NCBI GenBank assembly: GCA_026914245.1
Contig: CP110440.1
Span: forward strand, 2,418,001 to 2,482,000
Origin: Puccinia triticina
Taxonomy: Eukaryota
DNA: 64,000 nt
Reading direction: 5' to 3'
In this document: positions 34,537 through 47,109 of the stretch, one piece after another
How positions within the stretch are numbered: the stretch's first letter is position 1
Layout of the letters: every line of letters starts with the position of its first letter
Made by a program: the position numbers and the translations under genes
The notes under the pieces: model-generated
Told to the model about the DNA's origin: nothing
The model's database searches: none
Seen by the model: the letters and a program-made list of their open reading frames with translations, nothing else

Positions 34537-35473
34537 GTAGTGTATATCGGAAGACATCGTATTTTTGATAGTCTTCGCAGGGCGATAAGACCTATTGATA
34601 GATTGTATGAGTTGACTTACATAGTTGGTCGCACGCAACGAGATTTATCCACGAGCACACACTGTACGACACCTATTGATAAGATTTTGTGATTTGACTT
34701 GGTTCGTCTCACACACTTCGCACCTAAATAATTGAGAGAAGAGATCAGGAAAATGAAGAATGAAATTCAGATTGATTGATAAAAAAACCTCGAAAGAAAA
34801 TATGATACCGCAATAAGCAGAGGGTTGTGCCAAATCGCGACAGAGAGCAAGGACGCGATAGACCGGAGACCTCTAATGAAACAAATCCTCGAAAATAATA
34901 TCAACAAACGGTGAATCTGTTAGCGATGCCCATTTGGTTTTTTGGTTCTTGGGAAGTAAAGTGGGAACAATGGGTATGTATAACAATCTAGTGAAGAAGG
35001 ACTGTGAGACTTCGGCTGACTGGGGGCATGGAGTTATACGAAACGCCCCCGTGGCGCCCCCTTTTTGCTGGGTGGGATGCTCTGGGATCCGCCCCAATAC
35101 ATCACCTTGCAAGTGTCGACGACAATCCGAAGATAACTGTTGGAGCGTGCTCCAACTGAGGCCCGAAACATCGGAGGATGTTTCATTCCCCTAATGTACG
35201 GAGACAGTCGAAGACCATGGAGGGGGATGCCATTTTCATTCTTCAAACAAACATGCGCATTTTCATTCTTGAAACAAACATTTGCACATGTGTATCCAGG
35301 TTGGGAGGTCCAACCGGCATCTCCGGCTGTGCACCTAGAGTAGTTTTGGAAACCAAATTTAAAGTCACTTGCAGATGGGTCCTTATGAGCCCACTGCACA
35401 CTGTGACTGAGGTTTGGGGCCGCAAACCCCGGGCCCTACCCAGCCAACTTTCTGTTGAGGGCCACAGGGGTTA

Positions 35474-36493
35474 GGGCCCAATTATAAACAGTTATTAGAA
35501 TTTTATTAAAAAAAAATCCAAATTCATTCAAAACTTTTTTTGTCTGAATTTTTTTATGTACAGATTCAATGGGATCAAAAATTTTCAAATTTTTGTTATC
35601 AAAGCAATTTACAGGCATACAGTACATGTATGCAACACTGTACCGCACTAATCCAACGGTAGAACTTAGTTGTACTGTTGGTCAGCAATACACAGCCGCA
35701 GGCAGTTGATTTTGCAACGACCCAGCCGCCGGAAGCATCTCCAAATTCCGTGTGCCAAATGCCGTGTATTAGGGGGGTTCACGTTGCAAAAAAAGCAATG
35801 CTGATTTCGTCTGCTCATGCAGCTGTGAGTGAGGTTTATGCCTTGCAGATTGCTTCCAAAGGGGAGCTGCCCAGCCAAACCTTTTTGCTTTCTCACAATT
35901 TTCAAAAGCTGCATCTGCTGGTTTTGATTGCTGATTTTCAAAATCAGCCTTACGTGAACCCCCCTATTACAGGTCTCTGCCTTGGGTACACAGGAGATCT
36001 CTGATCTGGTCCCGTTGAGTCCACATCAAGGGGATGTGTTCACCGGGCGCCCGAGTATCATCCGCAACGTTCCCCAGATTGCAAGGGATCCTCTGGCCAT
36101 ACAACTGTTTGAGTGTCAATCAATTGTACCAGTCCTGGAGGTAAAGGGCCCCTTGGCGATTGAGAAGGTTGTGTAGAATCATACACACAAAAGTGTTTGA
36201 CTGCGCGCGTATTGGCCGTGCAGCCTCAGCCGTCAGGAGGATACAAAAGTGGTTCTTCAACTGCCAAAATGTACGCTCCACGGGCGGGGGGGGGGGGGGT
36301 GGAAGAGGCGGTGTTGGCCAGGAATTTGGAATTCCTGTTGTGTGGCCCGCAGGTTTATAATTGTACATATTATCCAGGCTTTTTTGAAACATATTTGGGC
36401 CTGTATTTGCCACAAAAATTTAAGAGATTTTGTTTTGAATCAAGTTTGGAATATATTACAATGAAACTTTGATAACTGTTTATAATTGGGCCC
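35474..36493 (-). mobile_element. PIF/Harbinger deletion derivative
   Basis: Perfect 22-bp TIR GGGCCCAATTATAAACAGTTAT and TSD TTA. Transposase C-terminal remnant VERTFWQLKNHFCILL...CMILHN (DDE_Tnp_4-like) at ~36150-36285. Confidence 0.88.
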
Positions 36494-36545
36494 TTACAGC
36501 ACTGAAGATGTTGGGCTGTCCTGTGGAACTTTGAGCAGACACATA

Positions 36546-37742
36546 CAGCAATACCAAAAAAGCTTGTCAGTGGGCAAGGCTGAAAATCCAACAGACAAAA
36601 TTTTTTGCTTCAGCCCCGCCCCCTGTATTCTTCCAATTCTTCTCATCTTCCAGCCCCTTTGCCCTTGACCATATCCCATATCCCCTCCCACCTCCGCCAT
36701 CGGAAATGCCCCCCAACCAAATCCCCCCTGCCGGACCCAACCACTGCCCAGCTGCCCCCAGCCGCCAGCCAGGAACCAATCCAGCAACCACCCAAAAAAC
36801 ATTTTTCACCAGTAAGCCGCCGACGAACTCCGCCTCTTCACAGGTGAAGGCCAATGGGCGGCCACGCTGGTTGTATAGGGTGGGATCCCTCACGACATCT
36901 CTGGTTCGGCGGTATAGGTTGTTCCAGCGGGTGAGCGAGTCGGCCAATATGTTAGGGGGTTTCAAAGTAGACTTGCCCGTGCATGCATGTCACTTTGCAT
37001 AACCCAGTTTTGCAGGGAGACTGCAAGTCGGCGTTCAACATTTGAGTTGAATGCAGGCTTGCCTTGCCTTGCAAGTGGCATGCGCGGGTCCACTTTGAAT
37101 CCCGCTGTTGTAGTCAATCAGGTTGTTGATCTCTGCAAGGGACTTCCCTCGCTGGCTGAGCTTAACCACGATGGCTTTGACCTCCTGCGGATATTTCACA
37201 AACGCCATTGTACCGCTAACCTAATCAAAAGGACCGCGGATGATGGGAGCCGGGGACAAGGTGGGAGGCGACAACAACTTGTCAGTGGTTGATCTGGCGG
37301 GCCATTGATGCAAAAAAAAGGAAAAAAAGGGGGCGGCTCACCAATGGATATTTTGTTTTGGCCGGGTGCTGGATGGGCTCCTGGGCGGTGGCTGGGATGT
37401 CTGGCCTGGGCAATTGCGGAGCAGACATCAGTGGTTGATCCGGCGGGTGATGGGGGCAAAAAAGGGGAAAAAGGGTGGCGGCTTACTGGTGAAATTTTTT
37501 TTTGGGTGGTTGCTGGATTGGTTCCTGGCTGGCGGCTGGGCAGTGGTTGGGTCCGGCGGGGGGGGATTCGGTCGGGGGGCATTTCCAATGGCGGAGGTGG
37601 GAGGGGATATGGGATATGGTCAAGGGCAAAGGGGCTGGAAGATGAGAAGAATTGGAAGAATACAGGGGGCGGGGCTGAAGCAAAAATTTTTGTCTGTCGG
37701 ATTTTCAGCCTCGCCCACCGACAAGCTTTTTTGGTATTGCTG
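36546..37742 (-). mobile_element. Tc1/mariner-IS630-like deletion derivative with ~280-bp TIRs
   Basis: CAG...CTG termini, TA TSD and long inverted arms. Internal HTH-like transposase N-terminus MAFVKYPQEVKAIVVKLSQRGKSLAEINNLIDYN-ILADSLTRWNNLY...RGRP. Confidence 0.8.
36954..37106. mobile_element. 153-bp MITE inserted in the transposase remnant
   Basis: TIRs AGGGGGTTTCAAAGTAGAC / AGCGGGATTCAAAGTGGAC and 3-bp TSD GTT. Removing it restores the reading frame. Confidence 0.8.
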
Positions 37743-39114
37743 TAGATAAGGTGCTTTATCATATATTCAGTGAGTAAAGAAGAGCTCCAGGATCTGAGAT
37801 GTGAAAAAATACATACATTAGGGGGTTTAAATATTGATCCAGGTCCAAATTCCAGGAAAACCAAAACACTGCCACCAGGGGGGATTGGGAATCAGTCACA
37901 CTTCCTACAGAGTGCCATGCTGTAATTCCATCAGACCAAGGTACTGATGTGATCTTTTTGGCGGGTACACCATTTTTTTTTCTCATTGTAACTCACTCTC
38001 AAGCCCAAAAGGGGGTGCAGAATGAATTACTACCCTCTTGATGGCTGGCACAGACCGGTGTGAGAAATCCTTTGGGATGGGTTGGCAGTGAGGGGGAAAT
38101 AACAATATGATATTCCAGCTAAGTAATACTACTGTTACGGGTGGTTTGAAAGACCTGCCCATCTATTATACTACACAGAATTCTGAAAACAAATTTATTT
38201 ATTGTTGTGGTGTGACTTTATGACGGAGAAAACTTGTATGTAGTAGTCTCTATCAGACATAGATCAGTTTTATCAAGTAAAAGATGCTTATACAACCTCT
38301 ATGTGGCAAGATGGGCAAAGATTATAATCAAGTGAGAATCTGTTTTGTTGGGTTTTATTGTTTTAGCAGAGAGAAGTGATTGTGGAGTGTGATATGAGAT
38401 TTCTATGTTGATGTCTGATGACTACTGAGCTGCAGTGTCTCTGTGATGATGGCAAAATGATGACTGTTGACCACTGAGCTGGGGTGCCTGGGTGATGATG
38501 ATGGAATGGTGGGAGAAGGGCCTCCTTATATATTCTTTTCTGAGTTATTTTTGCTGGTGAGGGATGCACTTGAGGCATTTCTGCTGGTGGTGACCCTGTG
38601 GATTGCACTGCCTTCTGCAAGGGGTGCATAACTTGAACTGTTAATGCACTCATTGTACTGTTTAACACAAGGGTGGCCTAGGTTGGTTGGACTGACCAGT
38701 GGAGGTGTTCTGACCGCATACATTGATGTAAGGTCCACATGAATCTGTTGAGTTGTTGAGTGGAGGCCTAGTTGCTGCAGTTACCAATGTGCAGGTTGTG
38801 TGAGGTGATCTGTAGCTACTTGTGGAGGCCTGCCTTACTTATAAATTCAACTATTCTCTTATATATATACATGCTTTTACTATTTGTATGACTTTCTACC
38901 TAGATATGACCTGTGCTAAATCTAAAATTGTAAATACCTTCTAAACTAACAGAGCTAGCTGGGTAGTTGAAATGAGTGACTAGGGTTAAATTTGTATGTA
39001 GATTCTATTTCTGTAATAATATTCTAGCATATGCAAGTATTTTAGGCTGTAAGTTGAGGTTTTGGCAGTTTTTGTTGTGTGCAACAGATCTGGATCACCG
39101 CACTGGTAATTGGG

Positions 39115-39380
39115 AGGGCCATTGAGAGAGATTTTCCTCTCAATGACCAGCTAGAGAGGAGTATACATGTAATCCTCTGGATGACCGGTCATAGCTGGCC
39201 ATCAAGAGGAGTATACATATACTGCTCTTGATGACTGGTCACAACCAACCGGCTGTCAAGAGGAGTATACATGTACTCCTCTTGATGACCGGTCACAACT
39301 GGCCGTTGAGAGGAGTATACATGGACTCCTCTCAATGACTTTTCACAGCTGGCTGTTGAGAGGAGTATACATGTACTCAA
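39115..39380. repeat. Tandem ~50-bp palindromic repeats (GAGGAGTATACATGTACTCCTC core)
   Basis: About five imperfect units. Related units occur at 39950-40460. Confidence 0.8.
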
Positions 39381-39680
39381 AAAAAATAAAAATTGGCTGG
39401 ACCAAATTGGTTGCCACTTTAGATTTGGGATCTACACCCTCTGTAGACTCCAAAAATGTACTCTTTTAGAGTGCTGGACCCCCGACCCAGTCGGGGTTTT
39501 CCCCCGCGTGGCCCAACAAGTTTTGTGGCAGCTCTGTACAGTAGAATGCCGTGCGCAACTGTAAATCTGCAGCACAAAAGCACCACTAACAACAAAAAGA
39601 TAAAGACAAATACTTGATTAAAACCCGTAATATAACATAAGAGTTGTGGTGTGAAGCACCGCGCATAAAAAATATTCATT

Positions 39681-40866
39681 GGGGGGATTCAAAATTAATC
39701 CAGGAAGTGTTCCAGAAAATAAATCACTGCCAAAATGAATTTACTGGAGGTTCTACATTGAAACCCCCAAAAGGGAAATTTTCCTGGAGTCAAATCCAGA
39801 AGCATGCCTGGAACTAATCCAATAGTTCATTGTGTTTTGTCCATGCCTCCGGGGTCCCAAACGGAAAACCCTTTCTTGTACCTTTTTACCCCCACAGAAC
39901 CACAAGTACATCCCATTGGATCAAGTTACCAACTAGTGCCACCGGAAGCAACATACTCCCCTCAATGGCTTGTCCGTTCAGTCATTGGTAGGAGTACATA
40001 CTCCCCTCAATGGCAAGTCATTGAGAGGAGTATGTACTTGGTTTGTTCCGGCAATTGAGAGGAACCTACCTCTCTCAGGGAGTATGTAATATTCCCAATG
40101 ACCAGAACAAACGCGTCCTCCAGAGGAGTATGCACTCCTCTAGATGAACAGAACAGATTGGTCATCCAGGGAAGCAATTACTCCTGATGACCACAGCAAT
40201 AATCATTTCCCTCAATGACTGGATTGTTCTGGTCATCTTGAGGAGTACATACTCATCACAATGTCCAGTTCATTCTGTTCATCTTGAGGAGTACATACTC
40301 CTCTCAATGACTGGTTTTTTCCGGCCATCTTGAGGAGTACATACTCCTCTTGATGAAAAGTGTGTTCTGTTAATTGAGAGGAGTATGTACTCCTCAAGAT
40401 GGCGAGAAAGAACCAGTCATCAAGAGGATTATGTACTCCTCAAGATGACCAGAACATCAATGACATGTTTGCTCCGGTAATTGAAAGGAACAAATGCTCA
40501 TGAGCGGTACGTAACAAATGTTGGCTGGTTTTCAGTACGGCATGCCTCAAATCCTTGGAGACCCTTTGAGTCAGCAGGGTGGGCTCCATGGTCAGGGCGG
40601 AGTCGCAAGGTCTTGGATGCAATTGTTGTGGGTGATGACATTGTCGGTGAGCCGGGTGTTTGATGGGTATTATAAAAAAAAGCCAGGGGACTGGGGTTTG
40701 AGAAAAAGGTCCAATTGGTTAAATATTTACTGATTTACTGCAGTCCTGGAGGTCCAGGAAGGGGATAGGGAGAAGGAGATCAGGTCCACAGGAAGTGTTC
40801 CAGGCCGGTCATTTTTCCTGGAAACTTGGACCTGGAACACTTCCTGGATCAATATTGAAACCCCCT
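39681..40866. mobile_element. Non-autonomous PHIS-like element, ATT TSD
   Basis: ~35-bp TIR GGGGG(A/T)TTCAA(A/T)ATT(A/G)ATCCAGGAAGTGTTCCAG with ATT on both flanks. Internal palindromic repeats. Confidence 0.75.
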
Positions 40867-42513
40867 ATTATGATATTAAACCCCAAGCCCCTCGAGTACA
40901 TGACAGGGATGGGGAGCAAAATAGAGAAACTCCAGCCGAAGGAAGAGGCCGGAGAAAGAGTATAGAATGGGTAGAAACCCGTTCTCAGGCCAAGAGAGAC
41001 TCTCAGTTTGATAGAACTGAGAGAAATCAGTCCCACAAGCTTGAGTGGAAGCAGCCGGAGGAGCGTAGTGACAGATTGTATCTACTGATCCAGGACCCCA
41101 GAAAGCCCTGACCAAGCTGCCTCATGTAATTTTTGCTGATTTTGGGTTTTGGATACATGGGGAAATTGTGTTGAACCCAGTTTGGATACGCAGTACATGA
41201 GGAGGATTTTTTGGGAGAAAGCCCCAACGGGGCAAAATTAGACAAAAAAAAGCCTTTTTTGGACCGTGAATTGATGGTTTTTCTTTGAAGGCAAGTCCAA
41301 AATATACCAACTACATTAGGAACATCTTGGAAAAATAAACCAATTTAGATACTTATCCGGCGATTTACATGAGGAGCATTTTGCAAAAAAATGTCCCCTG
41401 GATACGTGTTACATGAGGCGGCTTGGTAGGGGCTCTCCGGTCCTACTGATCCTCCCCCGGCCAAAGATGAACCATTGAGAGACATCATCCTGAACAAAGC
41501 TCTTCCTTGGACCAAGGAAGAGCGCACTACGTCGCCAAGATCAATTGACAGGAGCAATGTGAATGATAGAAATCACAAACACTCCTGTCTAAATGGATTG
41601 TCCCCCCCACCAAGAGGCCAAGAGAAAGCTGAAAAGAGCTGCGACCCTACTGGTTGCAGCGCCAGTAGATAAAAAGGAGGCCTTTGGGCAAGTAAATGCC
41701 TCCTCAGAATCTTCAGCCCTTATCCCTTGTGCACCACTGTCCGCTTGCCTTTGCATAGTCTAAACGCCCCGTCCAGGTCCAGCTCAAGAGACATTGGTCT
41801 TGGTTCCCTCACCTTTGTGAACTTGCTTATAAGTAAGTTCAAAGTTTCTTTTATATTCTATAAGAGGTCTTCTTAGAACTCTTCCTGGGTTTAAAATACC
41901 CCTGCTCCGCAGGCCCCAGACATACAGGCACCCAAATACCCCTGCTTGCAGGCCCTGTAAACTCCAGAGGGCACTTAAATACCCCATGCGCCTGTGGCCC
42001 CTCCGTTAAACACTCTATAAATATAATGTAGATGAGGCATGGTCTAACAATAAGCAGCCACACAGGTCCAGAGATTAAAAAAAGCAGACACACAGGCAAG
42101 GAAAATATAAGCCACACAGGCACAGGAAGATACACCTGGAATCACACACTACAGCCACACAGGCACAGGAACTATACAACTGGAAAAGACGTAGAAATAA
42201 CATGTGTATCCAAACCTAATAACTAGCAAAAAGGCTCAAATATGTTATAAATAGAGAAAAGTAATTGTAGATTGCATAACCAAAAGAGAGAAAACATAAT
42301 GCGCTAAAAATACAAGGTATTTATAGTATAAACAGACAGATGACAGAGATGAGTGTAGGAAACTTAGACTGCTTGTCAAGAAGTGTAGTGAGTTTTCCTT
42401 ATGATGTGACTGTATTGAGACATAATCCAAGTTTACATAACAAGCTACAACATGACGGATATATAAGCTACCTGCTCCAAGGAAAAGACACAATGTCAAA
42501 TATCTATGCTATT

Positions 42514-43367
42514 TGGGGGATTCAAAGTTGGCCATGCACAACTTGCATGCACTTTTGAAAGTTTGTGCTCAAGTGTTGAAACTCTGTGCTGTTGCTTGCG
42601 CTAACTTTCACACACTGTGAGCTGCGCATCAGTCATTAATCCAAAACCTAACCAATTGTATTGGTCTCAGTCAATCAACCCAATCCTCAAATCTCCACTC
42701 AACAAACTCTCCTCTTCTTAGTCCAATATACTCCAGTCTCAAGATCTCTGATCCCAAAACTGCTTATGCCAACTTTGCAATACAATCATCATTGGGAATC
42801 AATCTCCTCAAGTTAAAACTTGGTGAGAAATGCACCCAAAGCATTTCCAACTCATCTTCAATCAATCATTGGTCTCAACACTAACTCTCTTCCATTGTCT
42901 TCAGCTTCCATATTCCGCTTTCTAATCCTAGTGCTTGACTCCTATTCCTAATTCAGACTTTGTTTCCCTTCTCATTCTCAAAACCATTCACTGTCAACTC
43001 ACTCTTTTATTCTCTTAGTCTCTTGTCTTCTTGCCTGTCCTGTTTCATCCGGTTGTCCATTTCTTATTGATATTCTATCAACTCAGGGTTTTTTCTTTTT
43101 TCTCATTTTCTTTCTGATCTAAAAGATTCATATTCTCTTATCGATTGTTTTCAGTTTCTGGTCTTTGGTTCTTTGAAGTACAGTCAACAGCCCTTTATCA
43201 AGGCTTTTATTGAACACCAAATTCCAAAAACAAACATTCAAGCAGGCTTAGGGGGTGTAGTACAGTGTGGCTTGCATGCACCTTTGCAACTTGGTGTTCA
43301 AAAATAACTTGAACACCAACTTGCCAAAGTGCATGCAAGTCACATCTGGCCAACTTTGAAACCCCCT
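42514..43367. mobile_element. Non-autonomous PHIS-like element, ATT TSD
   Basis: TIR GGGGG(A/T)TTCAAAGTTGGCCA with ATT on both flanks. Confidence 0.75.
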
Positions 43368-43905
43368 ATTAGTGGGAGAGGAAAATCAAGAAACATTGGT
43401 CCCCTTGGCCAAGTGATTGGTCTGCTGATGCATGGGGGGAAGTATCAATACACCACATGCCTTGAATTTGTTGGGTTCTGCCGAGCGAGATTGAATCCTG
43501 CAATCTAGCTAGTGTCATGAAACGGACTGTTTGCCCAACTGGTTGGTTGATTATGATTGGGCCGGGCTCAAGAGAAACCAACTATGTCTATCTGGTGATT
43601 GAGAGGATGGGCACATCCCACCCTGTCCCATGAGGGCAGGGGAGCCTTCCGACAGGTTAAATTTTCAAATGGAACAAAGTCTGGGCAGCTGGCTCCTTCA
43701 ACTATGTATGTATGTGCGTGAAGCTGCGTGGAGCGTATGAGTCTGACTATTGGTGGAGAAAATGGTGGGATGACTAGGACTACAAAAATATCAGAGAGCA
43801 AGATACGTTGTATGGTAGCTGACAAAGGAGACAATGACATGAGGGAATCCAAACACTATGAAGATGAGCAGGCAAAAAGAAAACAGAAATGCGGTGATAA
43901 AGTTG

Positions 43906-45389
43906 CTATGGAGTAGTCATGGGAGAAAATGGGCCCACTGAGCGCGACTGTTGTTGGAAGAAAATCCAAGGATTAGCTTATTGGTGGAAGCGGCTCAGAG
44001 TAATGCTGGTGACTAACAAGAGAGTAAGAATCTAATCTGCCCCACAGCCACGAAACGAGACCATTATAATGAATCGATGAGTACGGAAACAGGGCTGATG
44101 TCTCGGCAGTGACAGCAGTCCAGTCATCTAACGAACACAAAGCCAGCTCAGCAGCCTTCTCTACTAGTAAAAATAAGCAGACAGGATTACCTGTCATCTG
44201 TTGACGAAGGGCAAGATAATCCGCGGTTTTGTCGGTGAGGATCGCATCAACACCCCATTTGCAGGCTTCAATCATTTCCTGGCGGTCGTTGACGGTCCAA
44301 ACGAGGAGGCTTTTACCGGCCTTTTGGCAATCCTCTCTAAACGACAAGCCCTCCCAGCCTACAAGACACGAAAACTTCATGCTGAACGTTGAGCAAGCGT
44401 CCCAAAAGTATTTCCGAGCTATTGAAGGAGAACTGCCGATGTAGGCCTTTCTAAGTGCAGGTAAAAGCCGAGCAGAAGGTTCGAGGAATTTCGGGTGCCA
44501 CAAGCCGAGTACCAGACGCGGGCTGAGGAGAAGGGCATGGTCCTCAAATCGTTCAATTGAAGCTTTGATCAGAGCAAATAACCGCTCAGGATCATTGTTC
44601 GGCTGCAGGTTTCGACGGCCAAGAAAGGTGCGAGTCAGTGGAGTGGAAGGAATGATTGGAAGACGAAGGTGTCGCTTCGGACCTTGCAATCAATGTTGAA
44701 GACGACGTGGCGATTTTCTTTAAGCATCAGTAGGTCCATCGCCTCATCGAAGGTGGGGATCTTCTGATGAGGTGCCTTGAGAGTGCGAATGCCATCGATT
44801 CCCCCAACATAAGGCAAGCTGCCAATCAGGCCTTGGCCATCGGTTGTGCGCTCGAGGGATGGGCTAGATAAGAAGGATGGATGAGGTTTAATCGAAAGAT
44901 GGGCATTCAAGCAGATCCCTCACTCATGGAACATCAGAACCACGTCATCGGCGGACACATGGACATCTGGGGAGTACGCCATTTCCGACAAGGGACAGGG
45001 GTCAGTGATCAAGGCTTCAGACAGGATCAGGATCATGATACGCTGGTCTAGCGCTTCTTCGCCGCTTACCGCTTTCAATCCCTTCAGCACCATCCTTGAT
45101 TGCGGCTTCAAAAGAGCATAGCGTGTTCTCGGGGAAACTAGCGGACGCCTTTCAACGATGTTTGTTTCGAGTCATATGATGGGATTGACAATAAGACGCG
45201 TAGAGAAAATGTCAGAATGCCGCCATCTGATTGGCAGATGGAGAGGTAAGTTTGACTGACCCCTCGATGGCCCCAGCAGAGGGGCAAACTGCTTGGCTTA
45301 TTCCCGACGATAGTTCCAGTGTCGGAAGTAGGGATGGCGGATTGCAGACCATCCTCGCGGGGATGGTGGGCCAAGATTGGGGCAGACAT
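43906..45389 (-). CDS. PGC1: Glycerophosphodiester phosphodiesterase, phosphatidylglycerol phospholipase C (Pgc1)-like
   Basis: Motifs WGHRG, FPENT..SFEAAIKDGAEGIES, DVHVSADDVVLMFH, IPTFDE, NIDCK, WTVND and GVDAILTD. Multiple GT-AG introns. The last exon SRSVGPFSPMTTP* ends at 43906. Confidence 0.87.
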
Positions 45390-46328
45390 GAAAGTGGGGT
45401 GGTGGTTGGTTGTATGCGGCTAACAGGGTCTCTGCCAGGGTGGATCTCTATACATGTCAAGCTAGGTTAAAGTAGGCCTCCCGCTAGCATCGGGGGCGGG
45501 GTGTGGACAGGCCCCCGGAGGTATCTTGTGGCAAGCTACCCGGAAGCGGGGCTTCTTGCCGTTTTCGGACACGCCAGGCGGAAGGTGAAGGAAGTCCAGA
45601 AGGCTTGGCTCCTGCTTTCGTCCTTCCCTCTCTGCTTTCTTCCTTCCCTCTCTGCTTTCGTCGTCCCAATTCGGATTAGTTTCTAACGAATGGAAGAACT
45701 CACCCTTTCGGGCAACGGCAAACCTGTCCCATGATAGTGGGAGCAGCCCTTGCGAAGCCGCAGAGCCCTGGAGAAAGTAAGCCCAAAGGGCGGCACGGGT
45801 ACCCCGCTGGGCTGCCTGCATGGCTGAGTGATGGAGTGCCGTCCCGAATTACCTGCATGGAGTGCAAGGTCCGCCATGAGAAATTGCAGAGTTGATGGAC
45901 TGCCAATAAATGTGAGCCGCGGCCGGTCCTGACACCAGATCCCATTCGCCAAGTGAAAATTCATCAGGCATCCTCGAAAATAGAAATGGAGGAAATGCTC
46001 GAAAAAAATCACTCAAAGGGGGCAACGAGAGCAGGCAGTGAAGCAGAAATCTGTCAGCACAAAGTCTCAGACTTGGTCCCACTTGTCCGCCACCTTCCTC
46101 ACCACCTTTGAGCAGACCAAAAATAGCACAGTGGGGATGCCACTGCACAGATGGCTGTGGAAGCTACCAATGGGAGTCTTAGATTGGTAGAGTCTTGAGA
46201 AGCACTGCTAGTAGAGTTTGTCAGTTACTTACATACAAACCATCACTCATATAAGAACTGAACAAATTCAGAAAACTTGATTCTTTGGGTCAGTAAGTTT
46301 TTGTTTCTTGGAGTAAGTGTAATATATA

Positions 46329-46745
46329 CAAATACAATTGGAAGAAAAATAGTTGATTTGCACCTTAAAGGCAGATAGAATCTTCTTGCTACCTGGATTG
46401 AAATAGTAATAGAACTAAATGAATATAATGGCAAGATTTATTGAGTCTTTGTAGAGATATGAGATACTCTGAGCAACATGAAATTTCCTGCAATTGTCTA
46501 GAGGCCGTGTGCCTTTATACTTTTGCCCCAAACCTCATTAAGAGAGTGAAGATTCCAGGTTAAATAGATCAATACTGATTCTGATGTAAATTTCATGTTG
46601 CTCAGAGTATCTCATATCTCTACAAAGACTCAATAAATCTTGCCATTATATTCATTTAGTTCTATTACCATTTCAATCCAGGTAGCAAGAAGATTCTATC
46701 TGCCTCTAAGGTGCAAATCAACTATTTTTCTTCCAATTGTATTTG
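46329..46745. mobile_element. Stowaway-like MITE with ~160-bp near-perfect TIRs
   Basis: 46329-~46486 is the reverse complement of ~46588-46745. Both sides are flanked by TATATA. Confidence 0.85.
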
Positions 46746-47109
46746 TATATACAGATGTACTTTGCGCACTGCAAAAAACTCGTCGCGCACTGTGGGGGTC
46801 GGAAAAACAATGTTGCGGCCACAGTGCGCGGTAGCTCAAAACTAAGGTTCCAATCCGGACCCCGATGATCTGGCGATACCTGACCGGATATTGAGTCGGG
46901 TCGGGTCGCGGGATGGGTCTAGAGATACCCAGTATCCGGTTGGTTATTTCTGTATAGGAGAGGGGCAGACAAGAGGCATTGAGCGCCTTCAATCCTCTGC
47001 TCCAAGTCATTTTGACCTCTGCTGCAACATGGCAGATCAGGAACCTCTCAAATGAGAGGACTTTTCTTTTACTTTTTTTCACAAACACGACTGATAGATG
47101 AAAGAAAAA

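Noticed and set aside
37820..37845. AGGGGGTTTAAATATTGATCCAGG as the left end of an element ending at 40866
   Set aside because: The 39681 end pairs with 40866 over a longer stretch and shows the family's GATTC/GTTTC asymmetry. 37820 is probably an orphan end.
41340..42500. Possible LTR or other TE remnant
   Set aside because: The composition looks repeat-like, but no termini, TSD or coding motif could be identified.
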